64,000 nucleotides of DNA from Vicugna vicugna. Taxonomy: Eukaryota. Under the pieces are notes generated by a model. That model saw nothing but the letters and a program-made list of their open reading frames with translations, was not told the DNA's origin and made no database searches. A program made the translations under genes and the position numbers. The DNA lies in assembly GCA_013265495.1 (NCBI GenBank), contig MU057416.1, forward strand, positions 924,545 to 988,544, in the 5' to 3' direction. Shown here piece after piece: positions 37,001 to 50,482 of the stretch (within the stretch, counting starts at the first letter, position 1; every line of letters begins with the position of its first letter).

Positions 37001-40000
37001 AAGCATATTCCTTACGCCGCATGTTGTCACCAAGCTCTGGCAATAACACCACTAACAGGTATAGACTCTGTGCTAAGCCTGCAACCTGACCCTCGACCAC
37101 TCACGGCCTGAGGTCAGCACGCCCCTCAGAGCGCGGTCAGTCCAGTCCTGAGGAAGTTGCACTGTCCGAAGTCGCGCCCAGTAAGCAGTAGAAATGGGAC
37201 TGGCAACCCCAAGGGGTAGCTTAGTCATGACTTTCAAAGATCAGATTATTCCGAATGAATTCTGTGCGTATTTGCTTTTAAGATGATTATAACCCTGGCC
37301 GAGAAAGATGCTTTTTAAATGCTTAAATAATAAATCCAGTTCCCGTTAATACGTCCCCAAAGTGTGAACACAGTCAATGAGTGTCATTGTTTTAGGATAC
37401 CTAATTCACACCTTACATATTTTTCCTTGCATGGGGTTGTTTTTTCAGCCATAGGTTCTCCCATTTGTTTCTAGATGTCTTCTTTGATTTAAAAAATATA
37501 TATAAATAATAATTTCTTACCTCTAGAAAAACAACCTGAAAAAAATTAATGATCTTATTCTATAAACTACAGCTATTCTTGGCATTTAGTGCAGTGCTGT
37601 TCGGCCACCGAACTCAGCCTTCGCGTTCTGACCACGAGGTCTGGCTGCCAGTCCCTCCTCCCAGCGCCACGCTAAACTTTCTCCATTTCCCCCCGGCCGC
37701 CTCTGTGATCCCGCCCCTTTCCGGTCCCTGCTACATATAAAGCAGGCAGCGCAACCTCAAGTATCAGTAATTCCACTCAATCTGATAAATATGTTCAAAG
37801 TACCCGGCTATGTGCCTGGCTCTAGGAACTCCAAGAGACACAGCCCTTGCCCTTAGGGAGCCCACAGTTGAGGGCAGAGAGACATATCCCCTGTCTCTCA
37901 TCCTCCCCTCCATTCCCCCCCTCCTCCCTCTTTCTTCCTTTCTTCCTTGGTCTCAGGAGGAAAAGAGCAAGAGCTGAATCCCACCCCTCCTCCAGGAGCC
38001 AAGCCCAGCGCCCGGCCGGGGCATCACCGGCCCGGGGGAGGTAGGGTCTTTCCCACTGGAGCAGCTCTGCACAAGGATGCCGGTGTGATAAGGGATGTCT
38101 TCCTCCCTCTTCCCTCCCTCCCTCCGTCCTCCATCCTCCATCTTTGCTCCCATCATGATGGACCACTGTCTGTCTAGGTGTCAGATGTGCAGTGGTGACC
38201 AAGGCAGGGTTCCTACACACATGAATCTTATAGCATAGCAGGAAATATAAATAGATAATACCAGGAGGAAATGCAGCAATTTAAATATAAAGTAACATAG
38301 AACCATTAGACCAACCTGAAGAGAGAGGAGAGGAGTGTAGGCAGAAGAACCCGGGTCTGAGCTGGGTTTCCCACGTCAGCTGGAGTCTGCTGAACGGAAG
38401 ACCAACCAGGAATAGGAAACAGGACACTCAGGGACGAGAGGTGGGGCTGCCCCCGGAAGTCCCTTTTGCTCTGGCTTTAAGGAATCCTCCATGTCCCTCT
38501 CAGCACCTGGCCTCCAGGTGGGCCCACGGTCCAGGAAGACCATCACTACTGTAGCATCAGTGAGCTACGTTTTCATCTAGAATCTGCCTCAATAGGGGCA
38601 AAATGCCACGGCATTAGAATTTTCTCAGAATCTAAAATCAGGCAGAGGTCAAGCAAAAAAGGAACAAATTTCATTCCAAAGCAGAGTCAAAGCAGAAGGA
38701 AAAAAAAGTGTCCTTTAAATTGGGGGGGGGGAGCAATTCCTTCTTTCCACTTCACCATCAGTCCATACCCCAGTTGTCCAGACAGCGGCCCCAGCTCTTC
38801 CCTGCTCTCCTGTCTGGTAGAGACAGGAGCGAGCAGATCTCCAAGCATCTCAGCAAAGCCTGGATGGAGGTCGTGGACCACACCTGTTTATAGATCTATT
38901 CAACACACCTGAGACATGTTTGCTCGGGGAAGAGCCAGGGTGGGGCCCTCACACCAGCTCAGCCACCCACCGATTTCTTCATGTGACACATTGGTCCCCT
39001 CGAGTGCGGTCTGGGGTCACCTGTGGGCCACCAGAGAGGGAAGGCGGGGCTGACTTTACGAGGACTGCCGAGAGATAAGGAGCGGGCTGCAGCTTCAACG
39101 GCCACAAGGTCCAATTCTTGACCAAAAGTGAAAACAGAAATGAAGCTAGCAGAATGTTGCAAATGACAGAAAAAGAAAAAAAAGAGAGAGAAATGATCTC
39201 TTAAAGTAATATGCTATAGAGGAGGCGCTGAACAGGCATCCTGCTGAGGGCCCTTTATGAATCGTCGTGTGCTTTCTAGCCGGTCTTTTTATGATCATCT
39301 CAAGGAACTAAGTACGTATGGCGTGTTTGTGAGTAAAGCAGTGGATGAAGTTGGCTACACCTCTGCGTTTATTACCGTGCCCCTGAGTATTGTTAACTTT
39401 TACAGTCCCCATAAAATATAATTTATCACTTAAATAATTTGCTTTGTGTCAGGGTTCAGTGTGCACCAGCGCTCTCCTGCTCATTAAATGAGATATTTTT
39501 ACTTAATGAGCCAAGGATGTCCTTTGTATTTAACATTTGAATTGATTTCTAACACTTCGTCTTTACAATAGTTTGGTGTGTAATTTCAAAAAAAAAAAGT
39601 GGGTATTTCATTTCACATTGCCAAAGGACAACCATTCGGAAACCTGTTAAATACACGTAGCACTTCAAGTGATAAACGGTTTTATCCTTAACTAACCGTA
39701 GAGACTGAGCATACAAAAATCATGAAAGTATGCAGTCATAAAATAATTATTTCTTCCCATAAGGAAATCACAGAATCTGGGGACTGAAGTATGTACTGAT
39801 TGTTCAAAGCAAAACTCTGAGCCGCTCAGAAAAGAAAGTTAGGATCTGACAGGAGACGGAGTTTTAAGTCGCGGCTGCAGTAGTTAACCCCCAGCCTGGG
39901 ACGGCTCTCCACGAGAGCTACCGTCACGGTCTGATCTGGGATGGCCCGTGTGACATAGTGACCGACTGATTCAACAACGGAAAGCTTTTTAACAAACGGA

Positions 40001-40259
40001 AGCTTGACAACTGAATTCTCATGTTTCCTCAATTATTTCCCAGTCCTTTTTCTAAACAGCTAAGGATACTTACTGCCACCCTGTTACCAGGCAGGCAGAG
40101 AGGGAGAAAGGTCTTTGATCTCAGTACTACAAAGATGTTCTATTACTCCAAATTAATTATGATTCATAGTATATACATATATGTACATATCTCTTAATGT
40201 AAAGCTTCCATTTTAGATGACAGCACACTGGATCTATCATTTATTAAGCCTTTACTGCA

Positions 40260-40393
40260 GGGAGGGTATAGCTCAAGTGGTAGAGCGGGTGCTTAGCGTG
40301 CACGAGGTCCTGGGTTCAATCCCCAGCACCTCCTCCAAATATAAAAAATAAACCTAACTGCTTCCTCCTCATAAAACAAACAAAAAAGCAAAA
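40260..40393 (+). mobile_element. vic-1-like SINE, well preserved
   Basis: gggagggtatagctcaagtggtagagc...cttagcg...gggttcaatccccagcacctcc with A-box and B-box, plus tail. Confidence 0.92.
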
Positions 40394-42344
40394 CGTGTGG
40401 GGAAAAAAAGAGTCTGGTAAAAGAGAAGATCTCTCATGTTCTTACCACAATCAAAAAAAGAAGCATTTATTATTATCCTTTTAAGAGATGCCAGTGAGTA
40501 CATGGTTATCGGACAGAGTAGAATCATTAAGGAAACAGGACTGAGAAGGTTTGAAAATAAAACAGTCCGCTGCCCATTTTCATGTTCTACTTTAGAGAAC
40601 TTGAGTGCTTTCCCCCTGTTCCTTACTCAGAATTCTCTCCCATTTCCCTGCTGGGGTCAGCTTAGGACGTGCTGTCCATCCACTGCGCACAACTCCACGG
40701 AGGGGTCCCTCTCAGGTTGTCTTTGCGTGAATGGCGTCCCCGGAGTCGCCCCACACACGGCCTCAGGGGCCATTGTGCCCGCAACCCTGTGTTTGATTTT
40801 TCTAAACCTTGGGGTCTGTGGCGCTCAGACGACATCTGTTCTACACGCAGTGCAGAAGTCAGTTCACTCAAGTATTGCCCTAGAGGAACACAGTACTAAT
40901 AGACTGGAAGGTAAACTTGACACTTGGAGGAAAGTTTAAATTATGAAATATTTCAAAGAAATGCAAATTTATTATTTGAAAGATTAGAGTGTATCTTTGG
41001 GATCCATGCCCTGGAGGACGCAACTTACACAAATGAAATAGTAATTATTTTAATGAGTACATAAACTATTTCCAATCAATTTATTATTAACCACTATTAT
41101 TTATTCATTTTTTAAAAATTACCTCAAGTCCTAATGGAGTATTAATTCCAAGTTAGCACAACGCAAAATAATAAAAATCTTGTCAATTTTGACATCTCGG
41201 GTCAAAATGTACGTTAAAGAAAAACAGGACATTTATAAATAATTGGATTCACTTTTTTAAAAAACTGATTCACACAGTGTGGATTCCTTCAGTCATGGAG
41301 GAATCACTTTTTATTTTTTAACATAAACAAAGGCAACAAATGAGACTTTAAATGGTGCTCAGTAATGTAGTTCTGGAAAATGAACGTTGGTCCCCCCAAA
41401 AATCTTTCAGTTTCCTAACGTATTTGAAATTAAATCGAGTCAAGCCAGTGTAACTTTTCCTTTCATTCTACTGTGTATATAACCTTTAAAATGTATTCAA
41501 ATTTTAGCTCTATATCTAGAAAAATTACTATGAATGAATGTCATTGGAAAAACCCACCCACTGTGAGATGCCCCAGTCCACAAAGGAACCCTCATCTCCT
41601 GTCCCTCCTGACCTTGTCTGTCCTCCAGCAAAACCACCACTCCTCCAGGAAGCCTTTCTTGATTAACTCCTTCTGCTGTCATGGCACCTGCAAGAGTGCC
41701 GCTTACCACGTTCGCACATTACAGCGCGCGTATACTGCAGCTCAGGGTCTACCGGGAGTTGACTCTCCCGCCAGCTTGGTGCCAATGGCTGTGTCATTCT
41801 CTTAATGGCTGCCCCCTGCCCCCTCCCCTCCTGTCTCTTTTTGAAAAAGAAAGTCATCCATGAACTTGAGGGTTGGGAGACTAACCCAGTTAGGCCCCTG
41901 GAGATGATGAAGTCCTAGGGAGCAGGACACACCTTACCATCTGTCTCTGTGACCGAGTTCCTTCCTTTCCAGAGGCAGCCCCTTCCTGATGCCTCCGCAG
42001 AAGCAGTACTGAGTGCAGAACCCAGGGTTACAGACTCAGCCATGGTATCTTCCCATAAGCCCTAATTTCAGGGGATGCCAAAGGAAAAAAGGGTATTCTT
42101 AGCTATCATCAATCACCAAAGGCCTCCTATTAAAATTAGAGCGTTGATCTTGCCAGAAATTTCCTCTGGTGTTTCATAAAAATACTGAGTCCCTGTGGTA
42201 TCTCTTACTTATACAAGATGAGGTTTGCAGTTTGCCCAGCCCCGCAGCTCCGAGCAAACATGCTTTATAGAAAGCAGGTGGAAGAAGCCGGAGCTTCAGC
42301 TTTCAACCATCAGCAAGTTCTCACCCTCTATCTGCACCTGACTT

Positions 42345-42485
42345 CCAGGTGAAGATGCACTGATGAGGGTGAATGAAACTGGTCCTTCTAGCTCCCGGGT
42401 GAAGATGCACTGATGGAAGGGGACGAGGCTGGTCCTTCTAGCTCCCGGGTGAAGATGCACTGATGGAGGTGGACGAGGCTGATCC
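42345..42485. repeat. 50-bp minisatellite, ~2.8 copies
   Basis: Unit gggtgaagatgcactgatggaaggggacgaggctggtccttctagctccc; gaagatgcac recurs at 42351, 42401 and 42451. Confidence 0.95.
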
Positions 42486-44729
42486 TTATCTTGCACACTC
42501 TGCCCAGCATGAATTTCGTGCTGTTGTCCTTAGCACAGCAGCTTGCTATAAAACCATAGTTCCTCCAATAAGAGTGAATGTGGCCGTATCTTGGCAGAGC
42601 TATGCCATTCACAAGGGAAGTATTAAGTCAAATATCACCACTAGACAAGATTGCATGAGCAGCCTGATTCTGTTCCTTCATCCCCTGGGACGCAGTTCTC
42701 GGCTTTGCAGGAATAGCGGCTGTGAGGTACGTGGGGGGGCTTAGGTAAGCACGGACCCCAGACCTCACAGAACCCTGCAGTCTTTCACTCTAAGCAGAGT
42801 CAAACATGGAGTAGAAGATGCTCAAAAAAAAAAAATGAAATTTACAAATCAACCAGAATTTTGCCAAACAATTTAAATTCATTTTTCCTCGCCACCTTGC
42901 GATTTCATTAACAAAAGTGATATGCTAGCTCAAGTCAGATATTTTGTATCATTAAAACATCCACGAGCAAATTTGTTTCACTAAACAGTTGAGTAACCCT
43001 GCAGAGAGTGCAAGCCCAGGGGAACAGAAAATGAAAATACAGTCTTAGCAGCATGATTTAAATTAATTAAAGGAACGTTAACACCTTCAAGCAGTCGCAC
43101 ACTGTTGCTTCAGTCTTTGGTGGGAAAAAGCTGCAATTTACACGTTCCATCATTTTAATACTTTCTATGAATCAGAGATCTACAGTAGCTGCGTTAGCTG
43201 ATGCTGTAAACAAAGGATACAGTTGAAAACACATGCTATAATAATTAAAATGTTATTATGCTGACACCATCATTCTTCTCAGATCCTGTAACATCTGTAT
43301 TGACTGTGATAAGCATTGATTATCTGGAGTGATGTAAATATTTGGGGAGTTAATAACAATCAGGAATTCAGCACATGCTGAGATGCCAAAGATAAATCAC
43401 AGGAAATTCAGATCAAAGCAGGTTTGTGAATAAGCTTGTTTTTATAGTTAATGACTAACTATAAAGGGCACATACACATTTCTTTTCTCCAGTGAAACGC
43501 ACAAGGAAATGTCATAAAGAAACATCCCGTTCTGCAGAGCATTTCTGTACATCTGTCGAATTTCCATATGTAGAGAGGATGTCAACGCAGCGCTACTTCA
43601 ACTACAAAGACCGAATTGATCCAGTCCATCAAGTACTTAACATGCACTTTTCAAATCATTAAAAAGTTCTTTGAATTATTAAGACCTTTTTTCGAAAGAA
43701 AAAAAAAAGCCCACAACTTATAAATCTTGCATTTCCTGAGAGGTTAATTTAAGGATGCTGGGGTCAGCAGTTTTCCAGTTCCAGCCAAGATTCTGAAATT
43801 TCCCTTCAAATATGGCCCGACAACTAAGTTGTTGAGTTTGTTTGCTTTTTTTCTTTAAGAAAATCTCATGCAGCCTCACCAATTGGACATCTTATATTTA
43901 TTGTGAACCCCATTTTGAAAAGGGAACACATGCTTAAGGCACCAAAATGGGGCCCTTTTCAGTTTTCAGGATTAGAACGGAAATAACTGGTGATCTGTGA
44001 CCTATTCCTCACGTGTAGATATATGAGTAAGCAGAAGCTTTGCCGAATATATAACTCCAAAGTTAATCTAAAAACCCGCCATGATCTGCCTCCTCCCATC
44101 TCTCTAGCCGCGAGAGAAAGATCCTCTAGGTTTCAGAGCTACTGACAGCCTCCCGCCCAGCGCCCCACAGCAGCCCCTCTGCCTACAACACACTTCCCTC
44201 CAGGACTCGCTGTTCAGCTGCTCCTGGGCTCCTCACAATGCAAGGCAGTCTGCATGCCCTCCTGTGGGGCACGTGCATGTGCAGGGTCCTAGGACACAGC
44301 ACCCTGCACGGACTTACCACATGGCAGGGAAGTGCCATTTGTGTCATCTGTCTGTCCACAAACCTATGAGCTCTTTGAAGCAGGGGGCCAAGCCTTCATT
44401 CATCTTCACATCCCCAGGGTACAGCACAGAAGGGGAAAATCAGCCAAGGACACATTCATCCTCATGACATAAGTTGAGAAAGATGCTGCCAGAGGCACCC
44501 ACATCCCGACTACAGTGCCAATTGATTCTAAGCAAGTTTCAGGGATCCGGAGGGTCCTGGACTGGTCATCCCAGCCCTTTAGAGAGGATCCGGGTCCTTG
44601 AGAGTTCTAAAAGCAAAGTGAGAAAGAACTACGAGAAAAATTAAGATCAGTCGAGATCCTCAGCCTAGAACAAAGCTGGAAGGTAATCAATAGGACCACC
44701 AATATTTTCCAAAATGACATGAGCCAGTA

Positions 44730-45550
44730 AGATGCTTCCCAAACCTGGTCGCTTCCACTCCTGGGTGTTGACTCCAGAGATGGGGGATGGGCAGAGGGTG
44801 GGGAGGGCCAGAAGCTATGTCCACGATAAGACGTGTACTAGAACGTTTACGGCAACCTTATTTACAAGAGTGGGGACCTGGAGACATCCCACGTGCTCCC
44901 CAAGAGCAGAACGGCTCACCCTTCTGTGGTCTCTTCATGGCACGAAATGCTATCAGCAATAAAAAGGAACCATCTGCCTATACACCCAACAGCAGGGACA
45001 AATTGAAAACCGTGATGCTGCGTGAAGGAAGCCTTGTCCAAAAGCATTCGACTTTTGACCTATTTTAACCTAATTAACCTATGTGACCAAGAAAATCAGA
45101 ACAATAGCTGCCTCCTCTGGAAAGGGCCACGAGGAGACATTCTAAAGTGATGGTAATGCTCTGTATCTCACACCAGTATCATCTGTGTCACCTCTGGGTG
45201 ACACAGGTGTATGTATTTGTCAAAATGTGCCAAATGGTACATTTATGAGCTGTGCACTTCACCATACACAATTTGAACCTAAAAGTCGTAAATAAAGGAG
45301 CTCAGGTTCACTGCATATCTGCTGAAATGTTTAGGAGCGACATGTGCTAATGCTGTTCACCCTACTTTGACATGCATCAGAGAGAAGGTGGGTTGATGAA
45401 CTGATAGAAGGATGAAAAGACAAACAGATACGTGGGAAGGTAAACACAGCAAAACGCTCAGTCGAGACTCTGGGTTGCAGGTAGATGAGATCATGCGATC
45501 ATTCTTTCAACTTTGCCGTCTTCCAGATTTTTTATAATTCAATATTGGAG
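44730..45550 (+). mobile_element. Ancient L1ME-like 3' region
   Basis: tatgtccacgataagacgtgtactagaacgtttac...cagcaataaaaaggaac...gtatgtatttgtcaaaatg. Confidence 0.8.
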
Positions 45551-45899
45551 GTAAAGTATCTGCTCTGGGCCTCCCATCCCAGAGAGACGGGTGGAGATGG
45601 GGGACTGAGGGGCAAACCGGTCACTTCCCTGCACCTTGTTTGGTTTGCCCAGGAGTGTCCCACGCGGCCATCAGCTATGGGGGTAGTGGATGAGCGTGCA
45701 GGCCCCACTGAAAACTGGCCCATCTCATAGCACTTTGAGAACCCACATGGCAACCTCACCTTTTTTCCTCCCATCACAAATTGGCGCCTGAAATTTCACC
45801 AGCGTTGATTCACTCCATGAGGGAAACGTGAAGAAGCCAGCAAGCCAGTCATTCACCCACTATGGCAGAATAACGTCACCATATCTGAAGGTGTATTTT

Positions 45900-46790
45900 C
45901 GAGGTAAGTACGGCAGACCGAGAGCGGAAAAGTCAAGGCGGATCAGAGCGCCTCCCAGCTGTTCCTGAAAGGTGCCGTCCCTGCGAAGCCCGAGCACCCA
46001 ACTCACCGGACTCCTACGCCGTCCGGGCCTCCGCGTCTTCCGCGTGGGAGAGGGACCGCCTTCCCTCACCGTTACCCGTCCTGTTCCAAGATGCGGCTCC
46101 CAGGTGGAGTACGGGTGCTTGACTAAATTTGGGTTTTCCATAAACAGTGGATATTTTAGTATAATTATGTCCCTACTAGTACATGGTACATACACTTAAA
46201 AAAAGGCAGTCAGGCTCTACCTGGTGTTCAGGTTTAGCTGGGCATCCTGTTCCGTTGTTGTGGTTTGTCTTCTGCCACGTCCGGCAACCTCTTATGAGCG
46301 GATGCGAACATCAGAGCTTTGGCCCAGAATCACCAGCGCTCTGATGAAAAACGTCTTTTGACTGAGGAGCCGGAGACCCATTTTGAAAAATGTGATTATT
46401 ACGTGTGCAGATGGTGTTTCCAGCCTCGGTGGTTCCCACGAGGCACCCCGGTTGTCCTGGAGGCACCGGGGGCCTCCCTGCGCCCGGCGGAGGAGCAGCG
46501 GGGGCACCACGTGCCTCTGCAGCGGCCGGAAGGGATGTGCCCGGAGGTGGGACTCCCTGCAGGTGTCCCCACGGCTGGAAGTCGGGGCACAGCCGGCGGG
46601 AGGAGGGGCAGCGCTTGCCTGGAGCCAGCGCGCCTGCCGCGCAGCTTGGACGCGGGCTGCGGTCTCCGCGCGCAGGCGCCCGCCCCTCTCCCGGCCCCGC
46701 GGCTCGGAGAGGTTGCGCGCGGGGCTCCAGCGCCGCCCGGAACCGGCACCAGGTCACGGGCCGGCCCACAGCTCCGCTGTCCTGGGTTAA
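45900..46790. promoter_or_regulatory. CpG-island-like patch
   Basis: High GC/CpG at 45900-46110 and 46440-46790. Confidence 0.55.
46093..46291. mobile_element. MER53 palindromic DNA transposon fossil
   Basis: ttttagtataattatgtccc...catggtacatacac centre, and tttagctgggcatcctgt...ccggcaacct end. Confidence 0.75.
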
Positions 46791-47454
46791 AACCCCACGT
46801 GAAGTGGTCACGGATGAAAAATGAGCTTTTTCTAAAATGCTGACGGAATCTGTTTCGTGGGGAAGGGGCAGGAGGCAGAGACAGCGGAAATCTCCCTGCC
46901 TGAGCGCTCGGCCGCAGTGGGGAAGCTAGCTGTTTCATATTTATTTTTAATTGAAAAAAATTTAAATTGAAGTATGATTTTTATTTTTGTTGTTTAACTG
47001 CAGTATTATTTTTGTTTTTTCATTGAAGTTTTTTTTTTAGCGAGGTCTTCATATTTAAAAGTGGAAACTGAATTTCCAAAATCAGGTATGGAATTCAGAG
47101 GCCTCTATCGTAGGAGGCAGACCCAGAAGTGTCTCATTTATTCTTGTTTATTCTCATAAATGTAGGTCCTCGTGAAAGAAGTTTGCAAAGCGTTGCCAGT
47201 AACATAGAAGTTGCTTGCAGATAGAAGCTGACCATCATCAGAGGTTCTCCAGGCTCCTCTCCCCTGTACGTGGTGGGTGAGAATTTTCTGTCCAGAGTGT
47301 GTGACATGTCTCCCGGGCTTTTGAAATCTTGCCTCAAGAAATAAAAGTGTTTCCCTAAGTGCAGTCTTGTCTCCCCATACACATCAACATGAATTTTATT
47401 TTGTATTTTCTACAAACATTTTAACTTCCTTTCCCCTTTCTTTAAAACACACTG

Positions 47455-47640
47455 AAACAAGAAGTTCATACTGCAGAGCACAGGGACCTATATTCAGTAT
47501 CTTGTAGTAACTTACGGTGAAAAAGAACATGAAAAGGAATATATGTGTGTTCCTGTATGACTGAAGCACCGTGCTGTACACCAGAAACTGACACAGCCTA
47601 GTAAACTGACTCTACTTCAATAAATACATACACATTAAAA
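47455..47640 (+). mobile_element. Short L1 3' terminus
   Basis: gcacagggacctatattcagtatcttgtag...ctctacttcaataaa. Confidence 0.85.
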
Positions 47641-48494
47641 TAAATGCACTGTCTCGTTCTATACTAATTTCTCAGCTAGTCTTCCAGCTTTTTCTGTTGT
47701 TTTGAAGACTGCGCATTAACTTCTCCTGTAACCTCTGTGCAGCTTTTGCTTTGCCGGTTGGAACGGTCTGTACCAGGCGGAGGCTCCAGAATTAATTGTG
47801 TCTCCAGCCAGTATCTTGTCCTTGTGTTTTTCAGACTTGAGGTCTCTGAAATTTTTCAAAACAGCTCACGGCCTAAAAAGACATCTTCTGCACAATAGCA
47901 CCAACGATCGCTCCGTAGACCCAACAGCGGCTGCTTATCGCCCCTCACAAAACTACTTTAATTGCCTCAGATTACCGGTTTTATTCAGACAGATTCATTC
48001 TCGTCCGAGGGCGCCTGTGGACGTTACAGGCAGTCTCCACAGTGCAGGGCGCTATGAGGAGCGATTAGCGTGCTCGCTCTCACTCATATGTTTTAAAAAA
48101 CGAAAGAAGGAAATGGATTTGTATTAAATTTAAAAAAAAAAACAACATTGTAGGTGCTAATGTGACAGAAAGGCTTTTTCATTGTATATAATACGAGTTG
48201 AAAGCCTGGTACCTGAAGACTTCATTTTGTCCCGGTGAGTTCTGGCCCTGTCCCCACACAGACACTACAGCGTCACAGTCAGGTGACACATTGTCAGTCC
48301 CCTGAACAGAACCAAGCCTCCAGTGTCTGCTGACCCATTTATTCAGACATAATATAATATATACGTGTTCTTCTACCCTGAGCATCAACTGAAAAGATAA
48401 GACGTTTGTGTATGACCACCCCCACGTGACTGGAGTGTCCACTTCTGCAAAAAATAAGCAATTCTTTCAAGTTCTAAATTTATAAATAAAAACA

Positions 48495-48720
48495 ATGTAG
48501 CTAATGTGTACTGAATGCCTCGTATGTCGGACACTGTGCTGTGTAATCCATTTGCTTTATGCTCTTTAACCTTTACAATGTCTCTGTGAGGTACTTCCAT
48601 TATGCCCACTCTACAGATAAGGAAACTGAGTCCTAGTGAAATTCAATAACTTGTCCAAAGTCCAAAGCACATGGTGTAGTCGGGATTCATACCCAGGACT
48701 CCAAAGCCCATGAGGCACTG
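48495..48720 (-). mobile_element. MIR SINE
   Basis: ctgtgaggtacttccattatgcccactctacagataaggaaactgag...aacttgtccaaagtc. Confidence 0.85.
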
Positions 48721-49081
48721 GATCATGTGTTAATTATACATATTTTCAGATATATAATATATATATATATGTATATATTCAATTATAGTCATTATAATAT
48801 AGTCAGGTTTTAATTTGGCTAATAGATGATGTAATTTTACAACTGCATATTTATTTCTATTGTATATAAATAAGAAATACTGATAATGCTAAAAGATATC
48901 TAACTTTCCTTACAGCTCTAAAATCCTATGATTTTAATACTCTAGCTAAAAATTAATTTATGCATGACCCAGTTCACGTAAAAGAATCTCTAAAGATGTG
49001 TGAATCTCTGGCCACTGCTCACTGTACCACAAATTAAAGTAAATTCCAGTTTTGAAAAAATAAAAATAAAATAAATTCCAG

Positions 49082-49172
49082 GGGGAGGGAAATAGCTCAG
49101 TGGTAGAGCACATGCTTAGCAAGCATGACGTCATGGGTTCAATCCCCAGTCCCTTCATTAAAAAATAATAAT
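49082..49172 (+). mobile_element. vic-1-like SINE with perfect 17-bp TSD
   Basis: aataaaataaattccag at 49065-49081 and 49173-49189 flanks the SINE. Confidence 0.95.
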
Positions 49173-49697
49173 AATAAAATAAATTCCAGCCAAGGCTTAG
49201 CAGCTGAGGACTGCGCTTGCATGCGCATATGCCATGTGGCATTGCTTTTTCATAGAAACGATAAAAATGATTGGGACACAGGAAAATGTGCCCTTCCAAG
49301 GAAAGTCATTACTAACCACTGTCGCCCTGCACTGAACGTTTCTACCTTCTAAAAGAAGGCAGGTCAGTGGAGATGGAAAACTTCAATTCATTTTAAATGG
49401 TCCAATTAAGTTCGTCTCTCAACACAATCCACACAGTCCTCTTCACAGGTTTCATTAAAAGACACAAGAAATTCCAGACTTTCTCAATATATAAAAATAT
49501 GAATTTGCTCAAATGTCTCGATGTAGAGCTTAACTGAAATCAGTTTTCAGCCATTTGAAATCACATCCAAACTCTCCCATCTGCACTGCCCTCCTTGACA
49601 GAAAATGGACTCTAACATTAGGCTTTCTCATTTATAATAAATAGTTTCACAGTTAGTCTCGGGCAAAATCGTGAAGTGTGTGTGGCCTCTGCGACAC

Positions 49698-50442
49698 TGT
49701 GATTTATAAGAAATGTGTGTTTGCTCATTCTGGTATGTACTAGGGCTTTGGTCACAGGCCTGGCTCACACCTTGGAATTTTGTAAGAGAGGAAAGCCATA
49801 AAGGTGTCTTCTGTCATGTAAACAAGGTGACTTTTGGACCCCATCTAGGGATGGGGACTGGTTGCCAGGGGAACCAACTTTTAGTCCCACCTCTCTGACC
49901 TCCAGGGAGACGTGAGGGGCTAGAGGTTGAATCAGTCGCCAGTGGCCAACAGTATGATCAATCGTGCCTGTGTAATGAAACCTCCATAAAAACCCTAAAG
50001 GGCAGAGTTCAGAGCGCTTCCCAATTGGTAAAACACGTGGGGGTCTGGGGAGAGTGGCGCACTCGGAGAGGGCATGGGGCCCCGCGCCCTCTCCCTGCGC
50101 CTTGCCCTGGGCATCTCTTTCGTCTGGCTGTTCCTGAGTCCTATCCTTTTACAATAAACCAGTCATCTAGGAAGTAAAATGCTTCTCTGAGTTCTGTGAG
50201 CCACGCTAGCAAATGGTGCAACCCAGGAAGGGGGTCACGGGAGCCTCTGATTTATAGTCAAAGCACATAGCAACCTGGGCTTGTGCGGGCATCCGAATGG
50301 GGGGCGGGAGGGGGGATGCAGTCTTACAGGACTGAGCACTTGGCATGTGGAATCTGACCTTATATTTGGCTGAGACAGTGTCAGGATTGAGCTGAATTCT
50401 TGGACACCCTCTAAAAATTGTGTGGTGTTGTGCAGGGAGCCC

Positions 50443-50482
<40 letters not shown>

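Noticed and set aside
40260..40335. tRNA-Ala gene (also at 17.5, 35.2, 49.1, 51.8, 53.4, 58.5 and 58.7 kb)
   Set aside because: The copies carry A-rich SINE tails, several have TSDs, and they are mutually diverged, so they are SINEs rather than tRNA genes.
42345..42485. CRISPR-like repeat-spacer array
   Set aside because: Head-to-tail tandem repeat with no unique spacers, in mammalian DNA with no cas genes.
43493..43661. Plus-strand exon-like block after tttcttttctccag
   Set aside because: Good acceptor but no convincing donor; translation unrecognised.
46311..46938. Cluster of 135-179 aa ORFs
   Set aside because: Compositional artefact of a GC patch; open in nearly all frames.
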